Positions 39,060 to 49,033 of a stretch of 64,000 nucleotides of DNA are shown one piece after another. Within the stretch, counting starts at the first letter, position 1. Each line of letters starts with the position of its first letter. The stretch lies in the IMG/VR virus record IMGVR_UViG_3300044613_003178, one strand, 5' to 3'. The notes beneath the pieces were generated by a model. It made no database searches and was not told the DNA's origin. It saw only the letters and a list, made by a program, of their open reading frames with translations. Position numbers and translations under genes: made by a program. This stretch comes from a virus.

Positions 39060-39901
39060 TCCATTATAGTAGTAAGCGGGGATACTTCTTCTGCATAACG
39101 CTTGTATGATAGTGCATGATACTCGGGATTCAACTCAATTCCCAAATAATTTCTATCATTCATGCAGGATACTATCCCCGTAGTTCCTGAACCAGAGAAT
39201 GGATCAAGAACAGTTCCTCCCACTGGACAACCTGCTACGATGCAAGGTTTGATCAAATCCAACGGGAATGTTGCAAAGTGTGCTCCCTTGTATGTATTGG
39301 TAGCAATGCTCCAAACATCACGCAAGTTTGCAGTTTCATAGTTTTTATTAAATCCTGAATGTGCAGAAAGACCAGTTTGCTCTTGCCATTCCTTTGTCTT
39401 TCTCTTATGTCCATTCTCTGTGCGCTTATCCTCTGGATGCTTCGCAACAGTCTTTGTGGATTCAATATCATAATAATAATTTTTGTTTTTTGCAAGTAGG
39501 AAGAAGAACTCATGTGATCGTGTAGGACGATCCTTTACACTTTCCGGCATAGGATTTGTCTTGTGCCAGACAATATCACTGCGTAGAATCCAACCGTCCT
39601 TCTGCAAAGCAAAAGCAACCAACCAAGGAACACCTAAAAGGTTCTTGTTCTTTCCAAAGGTATCACCGATGTTTAACCACAAAGTACCATCATCACGAAG
39701 TACTCGCTTTACACCTTGAAATACCTTAACCATTTCGTTTACATACTCTTCAGGTGTATCTTCTGCACCGATCTGATCATCATTATGATAATCACGAAGA
39801 GCAAAATATGGTGGAGATGTCACGCAAGTATTAATAGAACACTCAGGAAGAGTGTTTAGTATCTCACGATTATCACCAAGAAGAACTTCAAACTTTGGCA
39901 T
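39056..39901 (-). CDS. beta-class amino DNA methyltransferase (probably N4-cytosine)
   Basis: TSPPY before DPFSGSGTT; HFATFP. Confidence 0.9.
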   Translation of the reverse strand: MPKFEVLLGDNREILNTLPECSINTCVTSPPYFALRDYHNDDQIGAEDTPEEYVNEMVKVFQGVKRVLRDDGTLWLNIGDTFGKNKNLLGVPWLVAFALQKDGWILRSDIVWHKTNPMPESVKDRPTRSHEFFFLLAKNKNYYYDIESTKTVAKHPEDKRTENGHKRKTKEWQEQTGLSAHSGFNKNYETANLRDVWSIATNTYKGAHFATFPLDLIKPCIVAGCPVGGTVLDPFSGSGTTGIVSCMNDRNYLGIELNPEYHALSYKRYAEEVSPLTTIME

Positions 39902-40211
39902 TCTTGTCCTTTACATATGAATGAAGAAGAACCATATAATTGATTACATCAACTATTGTATCCTCGAATGATTCATTTGCAACTTCCATCTTTCCTGCTT
40001 CAACAAAAGAAGAAAGACGACTCATCTTATCTGTAAGACGAACGAGCATACCACGCTCAGTTGAACAAATACCCATCGACTCTACGCGAGTAAAATTAGC
40101 GAATGGTTCAGTTCCAGAGCGACCTGCATAATCTGCGTTCTTTTTCTTCATCAACTCACGAGCACTATCACATAGATGAACATGATTATCTAATAATTCT
40201 TGCTTTGTCAT
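39888..40211 (-). CDS. DUF1599 / nucleotide-modification-associated domain protein
   Basis: KKNADY...FANF...RLTDKMSRL...EDTIVDVINY. Confidence 0.7.
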   Translation of the reverse strand: MTKQELLDNHVHLCDSARELMKKKNADYAGRSGTEPFANFTRVESMGICSTERGMLVRLTDKMSRLSSFVEAGKMEVANESFEDTIVDVINYMVLLHSYVKDKNAKV

Positions 40212-40729
40212 AATGAAACTCCTGTAGATCCAAATCCACCATTTCGATCTGTCTTTTGTATTGGCTTTTCGCTTGTCTCTAGTATATCATAAGTTTCGCA
40301 CTTTACAAGTTCTGCTTGTGCAATTCTGTCACCATGATGTACATAAAGTTTTTCATTTGAAATATTGTGCAACATGATCTTTGATTCTTCAATATAATCA
40401 GAATCAATGATACCTTGTGCATTTGCCATGACCAGACCTTGCTTGAATGAAAGACCAGAACGAGCATGAATTCTTACAGAAAATCCTTCAGGAATATCAA
40501 AAATAATCCCAGTAGGAACTAAAAGTCTCTGACTAGGATCTATTTTAATATATCTGCCGCCTTCTTTTGTTTCAAAAATATTTGCTACACACTCTCTATT
40601 ATTTGCACAATAACCTTTTACTTCATAGAGAGGTTGACCAAGATAAGCATGTAAATCGAAACACGCAGACTGTGCAGTTGCTTTCTTTGGTGTCTTTACT
40701 TCAGGGTATAACTTGTAGATTTTTAACAT
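40208..40729 (-). CDS. dut: dUTPase
   Basis: ACFDL, ARSGL, GIIDSDY, DRIAQ, RNGGFGSTG. Confidence 0.92.
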   Translation of the reverse strand: MLKIYKLYPEVKTPKKATAQSACFDLHAYLGQPLYEVKGYCANNRECVANIFETKEGGRYIKIDPSQRLLVPTGIIFDIPEGFSVRIHARSGLSFKQGLVMANAQGIIDSDYIEESKIMLHNISNEKLYVHHGDRIAQAELVKCETYDILETSEKPIQKTDRNGGFGSTGVSL

Positions 40730-40759
40730 GATAAAAGTATAACCTCACGAATAAAAATG

Positions 40760-40948
40760 TCAAGGAATTTCTAGAACATCTGGTTCAATAAATCTTGGAT
40801 CACTATTTACATCATAAGTCCAACCAATTTCACACCTTTCATTTTCAAGTAAATTTACATTTGTTGTATTATGAAATAAATCACCAACACCATCCCATAT
40901 TATTATATTTTCAACAATATTATTTGCATCTATTAAAGCCCATCTCAT
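40760..40948 (-). CDS. small tail-fibre-associated protein
   Basis: MRWALID..IVENIIIWD...IGWTYD, typical after Gly-rich adhesins. Confidence 0.6.
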   Translation of the reverse strand: MRWALIDANNIVENIIIWDGVGDLFHNTTNVNLLENERCEIGWTYDVNSDPRFIEPDVLEIP

Positions 40949-40961
40949 CTTATTTTCTCCT

Positions 40962-41894
40962 TTATGCATAAGCCATTATTACACAATAACCATTTCCGCC
41001 TGTTCCACCAGTACCAGAAGTTTGATTCGACCAAGCACCACCGCCACCACCGCCGCCAGCACCCCTGTAACCATTTCCACCATTTCCTGCAGTTCCTGTC
41101 GTTGCACCATTTCTACCGCCTGCACCCGGAAGACCTGGAGAATAAATACCACACAACTTATAGTAATAATCTGTAGCAGATTCACCATTAGCACCAGAAC
41201 CACTAAGAACTGTAACATTTCTTTCAATATATGGATCAATCACTGATGTAGTTGCAGTTGTTGGTGTCACTATAGGTGAACCATTATATGATGTCAATTC
41301 TCCACCTGCAGCATTATGTCCCCCACCTCCACCTCCTCCATTTGAATTTAATCCTTGCCATGTTACATTTGTTGGAGCTGTTGTAGAACCTGTAGCAGGA
41401 GATATATTTCCTATCTGTATTCCGTGAATAAGTGATTGACGAACTGATCCTGCTGCTCCAGTTGCAGTGGTTCCGCCACCACCTCCAGCGCCACCATAAG
41501 CCACCGCCAATATTCCTATTTTACCTGCTACTTTTATTTGAGTATTACCGGCGCTATTACCACCAGAACCATTTGTTCCTGCAGTTGTTTGACCGGAGCC
41601 TCCGGTTCCACCTGCACCTATTGCAATTTCCAATGTTGTTCCTGATCCACCTAATGTTTCAACAAAAAATTCATGTTGTATTATACTCCCACCAGAACCA
41701 CCACCACCTCCAAATGTACTACCAGAATCCGCTACTGCTCTTTTTCTCCCTCCACCACCTCCACCGCCGCCTCCTATTGCTCTTATGAATATCTTAGTTG
41801 CCCAAGGTGGTATGGTATAAGAACCACTGGTATCAAATTCTCGTATATCGGTTGTAATATTTTGTTTTGGAAAATCAAAAAATCCAGTATTCAT
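40962..41894 (-). CDS. glycine-rich adhesin/tail protein (paralog 3)
   Basis: EFDTSG..IPP, poly-G boxes, GGNGY end. Confidence 0.75.
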   Translation of the reverse strand: MNTGFFDFPKQNITTDIREFDTSGSYTIPPWATKIFIRAIGGGGGGGGGRKRAVADSGSTFGGGGGSGGSIIQHEFFVETLGGSGTTLEIAIGAGGTGGSGQTTAGTNGSGGNSAGNTQIKVAGKIGILAVAYGGAGGGGGTTATGAAGSVRQSLIHGIQIGNISPATGSTTAPTNVTWQGLNSNGGGGGGGHNAAGGELTSYNGSPIVTPTTATTSVIDPYIERNVTVLSGSGANGESATDYYYKLCGIYSPGLPGAGGRNGATTGTAGNGGNGYRGAGGGGGGGAWSNQTSGTGGTGGNGYCVIMAYA

Positions 41895-41906
41895 TTTTAG
41901 TATCCT

Positions 41907-42839
41907 TTAATATGCAACGATAACACAATAACCATTACCACCACTACCACCATTACCTGTAGTTAAAGTATTTCTAGCGCCACCTCCACCACCACCGCCG
42001 CCTCCTCTATAACCATTTCCACCATTTCCTGCTGAACCAGAAGTGGCACCACCACCACCGCCACCACCTAAACCTGGAGAATATTTGCCCAATATTGTTT
42101 TTCCTATGGCTGAACTTCCTGCAGTATTTGCGGCTCCCTGTGATACTATATTATTTCCTCTGGTATAAAACGGATACAATATTCCAGCAAATAAACCACC
42201 AGCAACTATAGCTCCACCTTGACCAGCACTATTTCCAGTAGTAACACCACCTCCTCCAGCACCACCATTATCTCTGTAAGAATAAATTGTTTTGGAGGAA
42301 CCTGTTGATGTACCACCTGCTGCACCAACTCCGAAAGCATCACCAGTTTGAGATGTAAACATTCCAAACCATAAAGCATTTTTACCAGTTGCTGCGGCTC
42401 CTGCACTATTTGTTCCGCCGCTTCCAGCATTTCCACCCGATGCTGCTATAAAATATCCTTTAGATCCAGATATTGCTAATGTAGTTGAACCTCCTCCGGT
42501 TCCTGCTGAACCGTTTCCACTGTCTGAACTTGAACCATTTCCACCTGCTCCACCAGAACCTATAACAATTTGAAGTGTTGTATTTGGTCCTCCTAAAGAT
42601 TCAACAGGGTATTCCATTAGAACCATTGTTCCACCGCCTCCACCACCGCCACCAAAGGCATTGGTATTTGTTGTACTTCTTCTGCCTCCGCCACCGCCGC
42701 CTCCACCACCAACAGCAAGAATAAAAATTCTTTTAGCACCGGGTGGTATTAGAAATGTACCACTTGTATCAAACTCATTGATACTGAATACATTGTTTAC
42801 ATCTAATTGATTTGGGAATCCAAAAAAGTCTGAACTCAT
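41907..42839 (-). CDS. glycine-rich adhesin/tail protein (paralog 2)
   Basis: Same architecture. Confidence 0.75.
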   Translation of the reverse strand: MSSDFFGFPNQLDVNNVFSINEFDTSGTFLIPPGAKRIFILAVGGGGGGGGGRRSTTNTNAFGGGGGGGGTMVLMEYPVESLGGPNTTLQIVIGSGGAGGNGSSSDSGNGSAGTGGGSTTLAISGSKGYFIAASGGNAGSGGTNSAGAAATGKNALWFGMFTSQTGDAFGVGAAGGTSTGSSKTIYSYRDNGGAGGGGVTTGNSAGQGGAIVAGGLFAGILYPFYTRGNNIVSQGAANTAGSSAIGKTILGKYSPGLGGGGGGGATSGSAGNGGNGYRGGGGGGGGGARNTLTTGNGGSGGNGYCVIVAY

Positions 42840-42843
42840 ATAA

Positions 42844-43827
42844 TCACCCGTATGCTGCTATTACTACATAACCATTTCCACCATCCCCACCATTACCAGT
42901 AGTTATACCATTTCTAGCACCACCTCCGCCTCCTCCACCGCCTCCTCTATAACCATTTCCACCATTATTTGCACTAGTGCTTGCTCCTCCTCCACCACCA
43001 GCACCACCAAGTCCACCACTATATGTACCTAAAACACTAGTTAAATAAGAATTTCTAGGTGGAGTTGCAGTATTTGCAGTACCACCAGCAATTATAGTAG
43101 CATTTCTAACATAATCAGGATTTAATATTGCCTGACCACCTGTTGATGATGCATTTATTGATCCTCCTGTTCCTGCAGTATTTGATGTATTTACGCCTCC
43201 ACCACCTGCGCCTCCATTTGTATGTGGTCCTTGAACTGTAACACTACTACCAGTGCCTGAATTCCCGGCCACGCCTGCGCCATGAGTTCCAGGACTGAAT
43301 AAACCAAATACCGGATATTGTGTTGCAGATCCTGCAGTTCCAGCACTATTTGTTCCACCAGAACCGGCTGATGTTGATGCAGGATGTATACAGTATATAA
43401 GATATCCTTGAGCATTATTTACTGTAACAAATGTTGCACCACCTATACTGCCAGCACTACCATTACCATCATTAGAAGTTGCGCCCAAACCACCAGTGCC
43501 TCCTGCACCTATTCCAATTGTTAACGATAAGTTATTTTTACTTTCCAAATTAAATGGATATGATGATGTACCTTCTCCATATAATTGATCTACTGTAAAT
43601 CTATAAAAATTTGTTATGCCTCCTGCTCCACCGCCGCCACCAAAAACAGCCGTACCTGCTGCTCGTCTTCCACCCCCACCACCGCCTGCCCCTGCACCAA
43701 TAACCATTATTGATATCTGTTTTGCCATAGGGGGTATGACATAAACACCACTCACATCAAATTCCTTTATTTCTAATAAATTGGAAATTCCTATAGCACT
43801 AGGAAATCCAAAAAAACCATTGTTCAC
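42844..43827 (-). CDS. glycine-rich adhesin/tail protein (paralog 1)
   Basis: Same architecture. Confidence 0.75.
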   Translation of the reverse strand: MNNGFFGFPSAIGISNLLEIKEFDVSGVYVIPPMAKQISIMVIGAGAGGGGGGRRAAGTAVFGGGGGAGGITNFYRFTVDQLYGEGTSSYPFNLESKNNLSLTIGIGAGGTGGLGATSNDGNGSAGSIGGATFVTVNNAQGYLIYCIHPASTSAGSGGTNSAGTAGSATQYPVFGLFSPGTHGAGVAGNSGTGSSVTVQGPHTNGGAGGGGVNTSNTAGTGGSINASSTGGQAILNPDYVRNATIIAGGTANTATPPRNSYLTSVLGTYSGGLGGAGGGGGASTSANNGGNGYRGGGGGGGGGARNGITTGNGGDGGNGYVVIAAYG

Positions 43828-44207
43828 AGTAGACCACTCTCCACTACAGTATTGATTGTAACATTTAATCCATTAACAATTTCTAAAGATGTTGTGTTTC
43901 CACCAGGAAGAACCATACCAGTTGCTTCTGGAAATTCAATTCTTAATGCTCCTGCGGTAGTACTAACTGTATTTGCTGCTACTGCTCTTTCTGCAATTAT
44001 GTAATTAGTTCCACTTACATCCAGTTGAAGAGTTAATTTTCCTGCAGTGTTTGTTGTTGGAACTGTTGCTGCTATTCTAATAATTCTTTTACCAACACCA
44101 TTTGCTGCTGAAGTAGATAATGCTGCTGCTACTGTTCCAGTTCCTGCTGATGATATTGATGCACCTTCAATTATTGGTTGTGCTGTATATTGTGCTGTTG
44201 TTGCCAT
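43824..44207 (-). CDS. small tail-fibre connector-like protein
   Basis: Beta-rich, between fibre and adhesins. Confidence 0.55.
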   Translation of the reverse strand: MATTAQYTAQPIIEGASISSAGTGTVAAALSTSAANGVGKRIIRIAATVPTTNTAGKLTLQLDVSGTNYIIAERAVAANTVSTTAGALRIEFPEATGMVLPGGNTTSLEIVNGLNVTINTVVESGLL

Positions 44208-44217
44208 TACTATCTCC

Positions 44218-46341
44218 TTAAATTATACCCAATGAGAATAACATAAAATCTGGTGTACCACTTGGTGCTGTTTCCCATGTACATGTACCATTAGAATCAG
44301 AACATGTCAAGACTTTTCCTGATGCTGGTGTACTTGTATTTATCTGCAATGTTGTTGCTGCCACCACCATTGTACTCAAAGTATCAGTTATTTTTATACT
44401 TGTTGCATTATTCGTTCCATCATCACCAAAAATAATGTAAGGATCTGTCGCATCATCAATACAGTAAAGAACACCAACAGTAGATCCCCATAAACTTGGA
44501 GTTGTTGTTAATGAAAGTGGAGTTGTGCCGCCAGAAAAAGTAACTGATCCTGCTCCAGATGTTAAGACTATTTGTGAATCTGTACCTGTTGTACTTATTA
44601 AGTTTATATAAGCCTGTCCAAGAGATCCTGGAGGATTATCAGTAACATCGGTATAAACACCAATTGCTGCTGAAGAATTGAATGCAGTTTCACTTACTTT
44701 AAATTCTTGATTTGACTTTGGTGATGCTCCTGATGCAATATTGATTCTGCTTACATTGGCAGTACTATCAATGTCAAAAACAGTTCCTGTTGTTAATACA
44801 GAGGTTGAAGATGCATATACCAATCCACCAGATGTAAATGAGGTGAGTCCAGTACCACCATTTGTTGTCGGAATTGTTGATGTCCACGATGGAACACCAG
44901 CAGAAGTCATTTGCAGGAATGATGTTAATGATGCTGGTTTTGCTAATTTACTTAATGTATTGGTTGCAGATGCATATAGTAAATCACCAGTTGCATATGT
45001 TGTTTGATTTGTTCCACCTCTGGTTTCACCTATTGCAGTAGCGTTCCATGTACCAGTTGCTATTGTACCGAGTGTGGTTATTGATGTTTGACCAACATAA
45101 GTACTCTTTATGGAGAATTGTGAACCACTTAATGTGAGTGTGGTTTCATCTGCACTAAAAACACCTGCACCAGAGAATTGTTGCCAAATAATTGAATCAG
45201 TATCAAGAGTTGTTATTGCTTCAGTTTGAACCCAACCAGTATCTGCATATAATGTACCATTAGTAACGAAACAGAAATCACCACCAAGCCAGTCTGATGC
45301 TGCATCACCGTCGCTTGTTCTTCTTAATTCTCTTGCTGCATAAACATAGTATGTGCCGTTTTTACTTGCACCAAGACCACCGACACCACCTTCATTTTTC
45401 ACCAAGATTCTATCTGCTGATGCTTCTGTCGTATTTGCAGTTAATGTCGTGCCATCATTGAAGGAAGCACCATTTGCTGCATTTCCACCAGTCCATGTGA
45501 TTGCTCCACCTGCATAAGAAACAGTTGTACCTGTCAAAGTTGCTAATGTTGCAGTAGTTGCAGTTTTTGCTGTTGCATGGATGTGTAATCCTTGGGCAAC
45601 AGTATCAACATATGCTCTTGTTGCAATTGTAGATGTATCAACAGAAACGGATACTGCGGAGGATCCATTAAAACTGGAAGCAGCGGTTAATCCTGTACTG
45701 AATGAAAGTGAATTTGTTGTATTTGCAGTAATAGTTGCAGAACCACCGAGGGATATTGATGAACCATTTACTGTGATTGAGGAATTTGCTAATTTAGTAT
45801 TGTCGATAGCAGCAGATGAACTTATATCAGCATTTACTATAGAATTACTCAATGATAATTTACTATAAGCAATAGAACCTGCTAGATCTGCATTTAAGAT
45901 TGCACCAGTTAAATTCAATTTACTATAAGCAATAGAACCTGCTAGATCTGCATTTAAGATTGCACCAGTTAAATTCAATTTACTATAAGCAATAGAACCA
46001 GCCAACATTGTGTTGGTAACTGTTCCTGTATCAGTAGTATAAACACCATTTGTTACTGTACTAGCATTACCGGTTAGAGCACCAACAAAAGATGTTGATG
46101 TTACTGAGGTTAATCCTGCCACAGTGGTTATTGTTGTACCAGATGTGAGTGTAGTTGAACCGAGAGTTGGTGCTGTGTAGCCACCGCCAACAGCATTTCC
46201 ATCTACAATTAAAGTTGGTGTTGCTGAACTATTACCAATATAGATTTTTTTGTCTGTAATATTAATAGCAACTTCACCATATTCCAATGATGCTGGTGTT
46301 GTTGCTGCTGTTTCTGATCTTTTTAGTTTAATTACTGCCAT
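44218..46341 (-). CDS. long tail fibre protein
   Basis: IKLKRS...LEYGEVAIN N-terminus; DRILVKNE...NGTY; Thr/Ser/Gly-rich. Confidence 0.8.
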   Translation of the reverse strand: MAVIKLKRSETAATTPASLEYGEVAINITDKKIYIGNSSATPTLIVDGNAVGGGYTAPTLGSTTLTSGTTITTVAGLTSVTSTSFVGALTGNASTVTNGVYTTDTGTVTNTMLAGSIAYSKLNLTGAILNADLAGSIAYSKLNLTGAILNADLAGSIAYSKLSLSNSIVNADISSSAAIDNTKLANSSITVNGSSISLGGSATITANTTNSLSFSTGLTAASSFNGSSAVSVSVDTSTIATRAYVDTVAQGLHIHATAKTATTATLATLTGTTVSYAGGAITWTGGNAANGASFNDGTTLTANTTEASADRILVKNEGGVGGLGASKNGTYYVYAARELRRTSDGDAASDWLGGDFCFVTNGTLYADTGWVQTEAITTLDTDSIIWQQFSGAGVFSADETTLTLSGSQFSIKSTYVGQTSITTLGTIATGTWNATAIGETRGGTNQTTYATGDLLYASATNTLSKLAKPASLTSFLQMTSAGVPSWTSTIPTTNGGTGLTSFTSGGLVYASSTSVLTTGTVFDIDSTANVSRINIASGASPKSNQEFKVSETAFNSSAAIGVYTDVTDNPPGSLGQAYINLISTTGTDSQIVLTSGAGSVTFSGGTTPLSLTTTPSLWGSTVGVLYCIDDATDPYIIFGDDGTNNATSIKITDTLSTMVVAATTLQINTSTPASGKVLTCSDSNGTCTWETAPSGTPDFMLFSLGII
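45857..45999. repeat. perfect 60-bp tandem duplication in tail fibre (20-aa LAGSIAYSKLNLTGAILNAD unit)
   Basis: 45861-45920 identical to 45921-45980 plus a partial third copy. Confidence 0.9.
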
Positions 46342-46724
46342 TAGAATGTTCCACCATCTAGATCTATTGTAGTTTCACTTATTGGTACAAAACTTCCATC
46401 TGTTGTTTGATTGCCGGTTCCAATCCATACTTTATTATCTACTGTATTTATGATGAGTGTTCCTGCATTGTATAAAACACTTACATCTGGAGTTTCACCT
46501 GAATTTTCCAAAATAATAACATTACTTAATTCAAATGGTGTTTTATTTAATCCAACACCCAACCAAAATCTTTTTGATGCATTGTTTATTACGATTTCTC
46601 CCATAGGGATACCGTATAAATTTTGAGATACAGTAGTTTCATCCAGTATTGGCGTTTCGTTTTCACCACCATCTAGATAAAACGCAGCAACTGCAGGATT
46701 GGATCTTACCGTTCTTTTTGGCAT
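46341..46724 (-). CDS. fibre-associated protein
   Basis: Two GE/GT-(I/L)VIN...W.G.G repeats; DGGTF end. Confidence 0.55.
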   Translation of the reverse strand: MPKRTVRSNPAVAAFYLDGGENETPILDETTVSQNLYGIPMGEIVINNASKRFWLGVGLNKTPFELSNVIILENSGETPDVSVLYNAGTLIINTVDNKVWIGTGNQTTDGSFVPISETTIDLDGGTF

Positions 46725-46832
46725 TTTACTTTACAATCACTGTTGTATTTTTTACTTTAATAATTTTTATCTTATTTGCATTATAATCTGGTTGTATCTT
46801 ATTTGCCTCTTTAGATGTAACTTTTATTTGTT

Positions 46833-47237
46833 TCATTTTACTTTAGATTCAACAGTGAATCTTCCTTTACAAAGAGGTGTAACAACATTTGAATTTTTTA
46901 ATCTTAAGTAATGAAAATAAGTTCCAGGTGTTAATTGTGACATCGTATCTGCATTTATTGTCAATTTAAACGAACCAACTGTTGATCCTGTTTTTGTAAT
47001 TGTACCAAAGAAAGAATTTGTATCAGGATATTCTAAAGTTCCTTCTGTTTGATTTCCACTAGAATCAATCATGAATAAAAAGGTCGAAGTCTTTGTAGAT
47101 GTTTTTTTCAACAAGAATTCAATAACATATGATGAAGAAGTAATATTTACTGCTGCTTCATTTTCATCTAGATAATCAAATTGCAATTCTAGAGTTGCGC
47201 CTTCTTCTGCTAAGATGTCGTATGTTCCGCCTATCAT
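46833..47237 (-). CDS. virion structural (baseplate/fibre attachment-like) protein
   Basis: YDILAEEGAT...GTY...GRFTV. Confidence 0.55.
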   Translation of the reverse strand: MIGGTYDILAEEGATLELQFDYLDENEAAVNITSSSYVIEFLLKKTSTKTSTFLFMIDSSGNQTEGTLEYPDTNSFFGTITKTGSTVGSFKLTINADTMSQLTPGTYFHYLRLKNSNVVTPLCKGRFTVESKVK

Positions 47238-47641
47238 CGTTTTTTACCTATGTGGTACTTTGGGCAAAGTTCCCACTCTCCCTTTTCTTTATGTGGTATG
47301 ATTTTTATCTGATTGATTGGGGTTAGAATACTATTCATTTTATCCTTATCTACTACTGCTACTAATCCCCATTCCTCTAACAATTTAGCAACCATATTTC
47401 TTCTACCAAGATCGGATTCATTTATATCTGAAGGTAATCCATCTAAAGAAAATAATTCTTTAAAATGTACTATGTAATATTTACCTCTTTTATGTAAAAT
47501 ATGACAAGACTGATATAGTTTTTTATCTTTTTTAGAAGATACCCCTATTCTAGTCAGAGTTTCTTTAACTTTTAGGAAATCATCCTCGTTTTTTAGGGTT
47601 ACTTCTAATAATGAACCCACATCAAATGAGTCGTTTTGCAT
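47234..47641 (-). CDS. regA: translational repressor RegA
   Basis: DDFLKVKETLTRIGV, LYQSCHILHKRGKYYIVHFKELF. Confidence 0.95.
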   Translation of the reverse strand: MQNDSFDVGSLLEVTLKNEDDFLKVKETLTRIGVSSKKDKKLYQSCHILHKRGKYYIVHFKELFSLDGLPSDINESDLGRRNMVAKLLEEWGLVAVVDKDKMNSILTPINQIKIIPHKEKGEWELCPKYHIGKKR

Positions 47642-47699
47642 AATTATTCTTTCTACAAAAAATGACAATAATATCATTTATATGTATAAAAAATAATCA

Positions 47700-48074
47700 T
47701 TAGTCCTGTACGGACATGGTATCCCTTATTTTTTGAATTTGGGTCTTGTTGAGGAGATTCTTATACTCGGTTGCTCTTTTATTTGAAATATTATAGTAAG
47801 CCATAATATATTCAATATCTTTATCTTCAGTCTTTTTGAGCCACTTGGAGAATCTTTTCCGGGGACGAATCTGAAGTCTCAAATAATCATATTGCATCTT
47901 CTTTGGCAAATGAAATCTAACATTCATTTCATTTGCATGAAAAAGAGTATCATTAAAATATGATAAACTTTTATTTACAATAAATGGAAGATATTCCTTA
48001 TCTGTCATATCTCCAGATTCGTATAAATCTTTTTTAGTTAAATTGATTGAATTAATTATATCCCAGATATTCAT
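47700..48074 (-). CDS. 62: clamp loader small subunit (gp62)
   Basis: YLPFIVNKSLS, ANEMN, RKRFSKW; synteny. Confidence 0.85.
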   Translation of the reverse strand: MNIWDIINSINLTKKDLYESGDMTDKEYLPFIVNKSLSYFNDTLFHANEMNVRFHLPKKMQYDYLRLQIRPRKRFSKWLKKTEDKDIEYIMAYYNISNKRATEYKNLLNKTQIQKIRDTMSVQD

Positions 48075-49033
48075 TTTTCAAACTCACATTCCATTGCAAG
48101 TTGAACAATACAAGCAACAAGATTGATTTCTTGATCTGCTACGAATGCTGACTTGTACTGATAATCTGCAATGATGAGAATTGCAGTTGCAATGGATGCT
48201 GGTGATAGTTTCTTGGATAGAATGTCGTACAACTTACGGAATATCATTGACTGATCATTATCAAGATTGGAGAATACCCAAGAACGAATATTGGTAATAT
48301 TCTTAGTCTTCATATGACCAATAAGATCCTCAATATCGATATCACCTGCTTCTGCAAGGATACCGGAATCAATATCTCCACTTGTCGAATATCTCTGGAG
48401 TTCATTGATGAGTCTACGGAAGTCTGGACTATACTTTACTACCAGTTTTGCAAGAACCTTATCATCATACTTGACCTTTTCATTTTCAAGAATGAATTTA
48501 GTCCTATCAAAGAACTGTGAGGATAGTTCCTTCTTTTCTTTACCATCATACCGGAAATCAAGACATGTACACCTTGAATGGAGGGGTTCAATCACCTTGT
48601 TCTTGAAATTGCAAGTAAGAACAAAGCGACAACTTTTTGCAAACTCCTCCATAAATCCACGAAGAGCAGGCTGCATACTGGATGGATTTGCATAATCAAA
48701 CTCATCTAGGATTACAACCTTACCATTACCGGAAAGAGATACACTACTGGCAAAGTTTCGAATCTTTACCCGTAGTGTATCAATATTACCGTCTTCTGAG
48801 CAGTTGACTATAATGTAGTCAAGATTCATCTCCATACAGAGTGCTTTGGCTACACTTGTCTTACCACATCCTGCACCACCAGAAAGAAGCATGTTTGGCA
48901 TGTCCTTCCATTCTCCCTTAACAACCTCAGAGAAAAAACTCTTTAGACGGTTGGGGAGAATACAATCTGCCACTTTCTGTGGTCGATACTTTTCGACCCA
49001 GATAAACATGTCATCATTTGTCTGCATACTCAA
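48071..49033 (-). CDS. 44: clamp loader ATPase (gp44)
   Basis: WVEKYRP, GGAGCGKT, ILDEFD, PLHSRC. Confidence 0.95.
   Translation of the reverse strand: MSMQTNDDMFIWVEKYRPQKVADCILPNRLKSFFSEVVKGEWKDMPNMLLSGGAGCGKTSVAKALCMEMNLDYIIVNCSEDGNIDTLRVKIRNFASSVSLSGNGKVVILDEFDYANPSSMQPALRGFMEEFAKSCRFVLTCNFKNKVIEPLHSRCTCLDFRYDGKEKKELSSQFFDRTKFILENEKVKYDDKVLAKLVVKYSPDFRRLINELQRYSTSGDIDSGILAEAGDIDIEDLIGHMKTKNITNIRSWVFSNLDNDQSMIFRKLYDILSKKLSPASIATAILIIADYQYKSAFVADQEINLVACIVQLAMECEFEK

Noticed and set aside
40962-43827. Diversity-generating retroelement or shufflon acting on the adhesins
   Set aside because: No reverse transcriptase, invertase, adenine-only variant repeat or inverted cassettes seen
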